28,083 nt of DNA from a virus (taxonomy: Duplodnaviria > Caudoviricetes). The stretch covers positions 1-28,083 of the IMG/VR virus record IMGVR_UViG_3300038379_000335, one strand, 5' to 3'. A model generated the notes under the pieces. That model saw only the letters and a program-made list of their open reading frames with translations, was not told the DNA's origin and ran no database searches. Every line of letters starts with the position of its first letter. Positions within the stretch are counted from its first letter, which is position 1. This document shows, piece after piece, positions 24,956 through 28,083 of this stretch. A program made the position numbers and the translations under genes.

Positions 24956-25372
24956 ATGTCCAAGCGGATTCGTCTGAGCGAGAAGCACGGGATGAACCCG
25001 AGCCTCGGGGTCTGTTTCTGGTGCGGCGAGGAAGACGGCACGGTGCTGCTGGTCGGCCAGCTGCCGGGCGACAAGGAAGCGCCGCGCCGCATGACGGTCA
25101 GCTACGACCCCTGCGCGAAGTGTAAGAAGCGCTTCGCACAGGGAATCCTACTGATCGAAGCGTCGCCCGATCCGATCCACGAAGGGCAGGTTGAGATGGG
25201 CGCGGGTGCCTACCCGACCGGGCGCTACCTCGTCGTGACTCAGGAGTGGATCGAGCGGGTAATCCGCCCGCCCGAGCTGTCGCAGCAGATCACCCGGAAG
25301 CGCAACGCCTTTATCGACCGCGAGACCTTCGAGGCGCTCTCGCCGAGCGCAGCGGAGACGGCACGTGGATAG
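24956..25372 (+). CDS. Phage hypothetical protein with two CxxC motifs (138 aa; alternative start 24938)
   Basis: GGAGG RBS; KHGMNPSL.VCFWCGEE...EAPR....YDPCAKC...QGILLIE. Confidence 0.8.
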   Translation: MSKRIRLSEKHGMNPSLGVCFWCGEEDGTVLLVGQLPGDKEAPRRMTVSYDPCAKCKKRFAQGILLIEASPDPIHEGQVEMGAGAYPTGRYLVVTQEWIERVIRPPELSQQITRKRNAFIDRETFEALSPSAAETARG

Positions 25373-25856
25373 CAAGCGACGCTGCGGAACGTGCGACCTA
25401 TGCTGCCGGCTCCTCGGTGTCGAGGAGATCCAGAAGCCGGCGTTTCAGAAGTGCCCGCGCATCGCGAAGCCTCGCGGCGCGGCCGGCGCGTGCTCGATCT
25501 ACGAGAGCCGCCCGGCCGCGTGCGCGGGGTTTCGGTGCGGGTGGCTCGCCGGCTTCGGGCGCGACGATCAGCGGCCCGACCGCGTCGGCTTCGTCATGAT
25601 CGCGCCGAGCATGAAGCCGCCGATCGCTCAAGTCCGGTGCTGGGCGATCGACGGCGACGCCCTCGCGGCTGCGCGTGATATCGCTCAGAAGACCGGGCTC
25701 GCGGTTGCCGTCGTGCCGCGCACGGGCGACCGGCAGATCATCGCTATGCCGGGCTCCGAGGGCGAGAAGATGATAAAGGGCGCGGTCGAGCAGGCGAAGT
25801 CGCTCGGCATCCGGGTGACCGCGTCCGCCGTCACCTACGAGCCGGACGATGACTAG
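25365..25856 (+). CDS. YkgJ-like CxxCxxCC cysteine-cluster protein (163 aa)
   Basis: CGTCDLCC...C...CSIYESRPAAC..FRC.WL. Confidence 0.8.
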   Translation: MDSKRRCGTCDLCCRLLGVEEIQKPAFQKCPRIAKPRGAAGACSIYESRPAACAGFRCGWLAGFGRDDQRPDRVGFVMIAPSMKPPIAQVRCWAIDGDALAAARDIAQKTGLAVAVVPRTGDRQIIAMPGSEGEKMIKGAVEQAKSLGIRVTASAVTYEPDDD

Positions 25857-26205
25857 CCCCGCGACGTTCAAGCACGACCCGACTACCCGACTCGACGACA
25901 CCCTCGCGGGTCGCGCGATCGCCTCGTGGCTCAGCGCGCGCGATCGCGAGATCATGCTCAAGCGCGCGAGCGACGCGACGCTTGAAGAGATCGGCGCGAG
26001 CCTCGGCCTCTCGCGCGAGCGCATCCGTCAACTCGAAGAGCGCGCCGCAGACTACCTCGCAACGCGCGTTCGGAAAGAGCACCCGATTGGGCCCGCTCGC
26101 CCGCCCGGCGAGACGGTCAAGCCGCGCGAGCCGCGTGCCCGGAAGGCGCGGAAACGGGCTCGACCGATACAACAGACACGACCCGCCTGGGAGCGAACCC
26201 GCTAG
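25849..26205 (+). CDS. Stand-alone sigma70 region-4 HTH DNA-binding protein (118 aa)
   Basis: LSARDREIMLKR....TLEEIGASLGLSRERIRQLEERA is RpoD region 4.2-like; basic C-terminal tail; no region 2. Confidence 0.85.
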   Translation: MTSPATFKHDPTTRLDDTLAGRAIASWLSARDREIMLKRASDATLEEIGASLGLSRERIRQLEERAADYLATRVRKEHPIGPARPPGETVKPREPRARKARKRARPIQQTRPAWERTR

Positions 26206-26243
26206 ACCCCCAAGAACGGGCTCGACAAGCCGAATCTAGGGGG

Positions 26244-26272
26244 TTGACGAGTCGCACTAGGTATCGTACGAT
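26244..26272 (+). promoter_or_regulatory. Sigma70-like promoter P2
   Basis: TTGACG-17 bp-TACGAT, same hexamers as P1, followed by GGAGG and ATG 26312. Confidence 0.75.
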
Positions 26273-26311
26273 GTCCGAAGTCCGGACACCCGACACGCGG
26301 AGGATCGAGAG

Positions 26312-26563
26312 ATGAAGCCCTACTGGATCGAGAAGACGCAGCGCGGTCGCAAGCCGGCCGCCACTACTCGCCGCGAGATCGACGCGGCCCAGCGCGAGGC
26401 CGACGAGGATGCAACCGAGTCGCTCTACACGACGACGTGCCGCAGCTGCCCGCGCGAGATCGACGCGGGCCTCTTCTGTGAGCCCTGCCTAGATACGCTC
26501 CTCGCGGCTAGCAAGCGCGGTGAGATTTGCGACTACTGCGACGGCTCCTGCGTCCTCAACTAA
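26312..26563 (+). CDS. Hypothetical Cys-rich protein (83 aa)
   Basis: GGAGG RBS; CRSC, CEPC and CDYCDGSC. Confidence 0.75.
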   Translation: MKPYWIEKTQRGRKPAATTRREIDAAQREADEDATESLYTTTCRSCPREIDAGLFCEPCLDTLLAASKRGEICDYCDGSCVLN

Positions 26564-26576
26564 CACGGAGAACACC

Positions 26577-27008
26577 ATGTCTACGATCGAACAGATCATC
26601 TCGACTGCAGTCTCGAAGGCCCCGGTGGTTCGCGCCGAGCCCGGTACTTACCGCGGCAAGGCGACGCTCTCGATCGCCTTCGACTACAAGGTGGGTGAGC
26701 CCTTCAAGCAGCACGTCACGGCGTCCGTTCCGTGGCAGACCCTCTTCTCGCTCGCGCTCTCGAAGCTCAACGGCGTCACGGTAGAGACGCTGGTCGAGGA
26801 AGCCGTCGCGATCATGGATCGCGAAGAGACTCCCGAGCAGGCCGCGATCGCAGCGCGCGCCAAGGCCGCCGTCGCGAAGCTCGTCGCCAAGACGGAGCGC
26901 GAGGTGAGCGGCAAGATCACCGGCTCGTGCATGATCCTCGAAGTCCCGGCGCTGGAGCTTGCGGGCGAAGACGGCCGCATGGTTCCCGTCGAGACGATCA
27001 CGCTCTAA
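26577..27008 (+). CDS. Hypothetical protein (143 aa)
   Basis: GGAG RBS, ATG 26577, strong GC3 codon bias. Confidence 0.8.
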   Translation: MSTIEQIISTAVSKAPVVRAEPGTYRGKATLSIAFDYKVGEPFKQHVTASVPWQTLFSLALSKLNGVTVETLVEEAVAIMDREETPEQAAIAARAKAAVAKLVAKTEREVSGKITGSCMILEVPALELAGEDGRMVPVETITL

Positions 27009-27090
27009 GGGGAAGCGGTTTCATCTCCCGCTTCCCCCTCCGTGGGCTCCCGGGTTCCCGGCAAGGTGCCGGGGCCCGGGAGCCAAACGG
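27009..27090 (+). other. Tandem strong hairpins in an intergenic gap
   Basis: GGGGAAGCGG-9 nt-CCGCTTCCCC (27009-27037) and an about 18-bp stem 27045-27063/27067-27084. Confidence 0.7.
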
Positions 27091-27111
27091 GTTTACCGCA
27101 AGGGAGCGCCC

Positions 27112-27666
27112 ATGGGCGCGCCGGTCTTCTTTACCTCCGACACCCACTTCGGCCACCTGCACGTCACGAGGATGCGCGGCTTCGACTCGGTCGAGGCGAT
27201 GGACGCCGAGATGATCGCCCGCTGGCGGCGCGTCGTGCCTCGCGGCGCGATCGTCTACCACCTCGGTGACTTCTCGCTTCACCCGGCCGATCGGGCTGAG
27301 GAGATCCTGTCTCAGCTGACCGGGAACATCGTGCTCGTGCCCGGCAACCACGATCGCAAGGCGATCCGCGTCCTGTTCCCGGCTACGCTGCCGGCGAAAG
27401 GCGCTCGCCTCTTCCTCGACGACGATCATCCGCCGCTATGGGTCCGGCACTTCCCGTCGTCGGTCCCGAACGGCGTGCGCTGGACCCTTCACGGGCACAC
27501 GCACCGGATCGACGATCCGCTCGCGGGCGACTCGCATCGCGAGACCCTGCCGCTTCCTCCCGGCGTCATCGGCTACGACGTCGGCGTCGATTCTCACTGG
27601 CTCGCGCCTGTCGCGTGGACCGTCATTCGAGGCCGCCTCGCGCTGGCCTCGCAGGGGGCAACATGA
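27112..27666 (+). CDS. Calcineurin-like metallophosphoesterase (184 aa)
   Basis: Motifs SDTHFGH, LGDF, GNHD, H, HGHTH and DVGVD; GGGAG RBS. Confidence 0.92.
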   Translation: MGAPVFFTSDTHFGHLHVTRMRGFDSVEAMDAEMIARWRRVVPRGAIVYHLGDFSLHPADRAEEILSQLTGNIVLVPGNHDRKAIRVLFPATLPAKGARLFLDDDHPPLWVRHFPSSVPNGVRWTLHGHTHRIDDPLAGDSHRETLPLPPGVIGYDVGVDSHWLAPVAWTVIRGRLALASQGAT

Positions 27667-27965
27667 AGTTAACCGCTCAGTTGTTCGGGAGCGGCCCGGC
27701 CGACCTCGCGCGCTCGATCGCGTGGGACGCGCTCGGCCGCGAGCCTCACCCGGCCGCGTACCAGCACCTCAAGAACCGCGTCGTCGCGGCTCACGCGAAG
27801 CGATTCAAGATCACCGAAGACGAGGTGCGCTCGATCCTCGCCGAAGCCGCACGGCGCACCCACGAGAGCGACGCGACGCGCATCGCGTACCGCTGCGACG
27901 TCTCGGGCGCGCTGCTCAGCTACGCTGAAGCCGACAAGGCGGCGCGCGCCGCCGAGGGGGTGTGA
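27663..27965 (+). CDS. Hypothetical protein (100 aa)
   Basis: ATGA overlap with the phosphoesterase stop; GGGGG RBS. Confidence 0.7.
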   Translation: MKLTAQLFGSGPADLARSIAWDALGREPHPAAYQHLKNRVVAAHAKRFKITEDEVRSILAEAARRTHESDATRIAYRCDVSGALLSYAEADKAARAAEGV

Positions 27966-28083
27966 TGTCCCGCTGGAAGGTCCGCATCGGCCGCGACGAG
28001 CACTTCGCCCGTACCCCTACCGAGGCCCTCGATACGCTGCTGACTCAGGCCAAGCGCGGCCTCGTCGGCGAGATCGTCGACAC
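27965..28083 (+). CDS. Partial hypothetical protein (MSRWKVRIGRDEHF...)
   Basis: TGATG overlap, GAGGGG RBS, open to the window end. Confidence 0.6.
   Translation, partial: MSRWKVRIGRDEHFARTPTEALDTLLTQAKRGLVGEIVD

Larger units (their letters stand above)
1..28083. mobile_element. Fragment of a tailed dsDNA phage or prophage (long non-contractile tail): structural operon plus divergent early-type cassette
   Basis: Canonical head-neck-tail gene order, tape measure, G/GT chaperones, J-like tip and no sheath gene; no host housekeeping genes or boundaries seen. Confidence 0.95.

Noticed and set aside
1-28083. Stop-codon reassignment (TAG read as sense)
   Set aside because: Genes are full length under the standard code, TAG falls at expected family C-termini, and the following genes are mostly in other frames.
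1-28083. CRISPR array, tRNA, diversity-generating retroelement, integrase/att or invertible fibre cassette
   Set aside because: No regularly spaced repeats, cloverleaf, reverse transcriptase, recombinase or long adenine-variant repeat pair seen by eye.

Overview
This very GC-rich 28-kb window is a fragment of a long-tailed dsDNA phage (siphovirus-type; free phage or prophage cannot be told, as no host genes, integrase or att site are visible). Bases 1-23963 form one tightly packed minus-strand morphogenesis operon. In transcription order it encodes a Mu gpF-like minor head protein, scaffold, P22-coat-family capsid, head-tail joining proteins, tail tube, a frameshifted G/GT chaperone pair, TP901-type tape measure, tail-tip proteins (Dit-like, DUF1833-like, NlpC/P60, 1833-aa J-like) and an unusual distal block. 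From 24011 a divergent plus-strand cassette of small, mostly Cys-rich early-type genes runs from two related sigma70-like promoters. Terminase, portal and lysis genes are not in the window. The most unusual item is the distal block of the tail operon: a ferritin-like diiron domain fused to a 2-oxoacid-dehydrogenase E2/CAT-like acyltransferase domain, a fibre-like protein, a FliA/WhiG-like sigma factor, and a signal-peptide-bearing Cys-rich tailspike-like protein that the ORF track missed. Also notable are recurring structured RNA-like elements in the leaders of the scaffold, capsid and tail-chaperone genes, and a 14-aa micro-ORF coupled at both ends. All calls come from reading motifs by eye; no database search was run.
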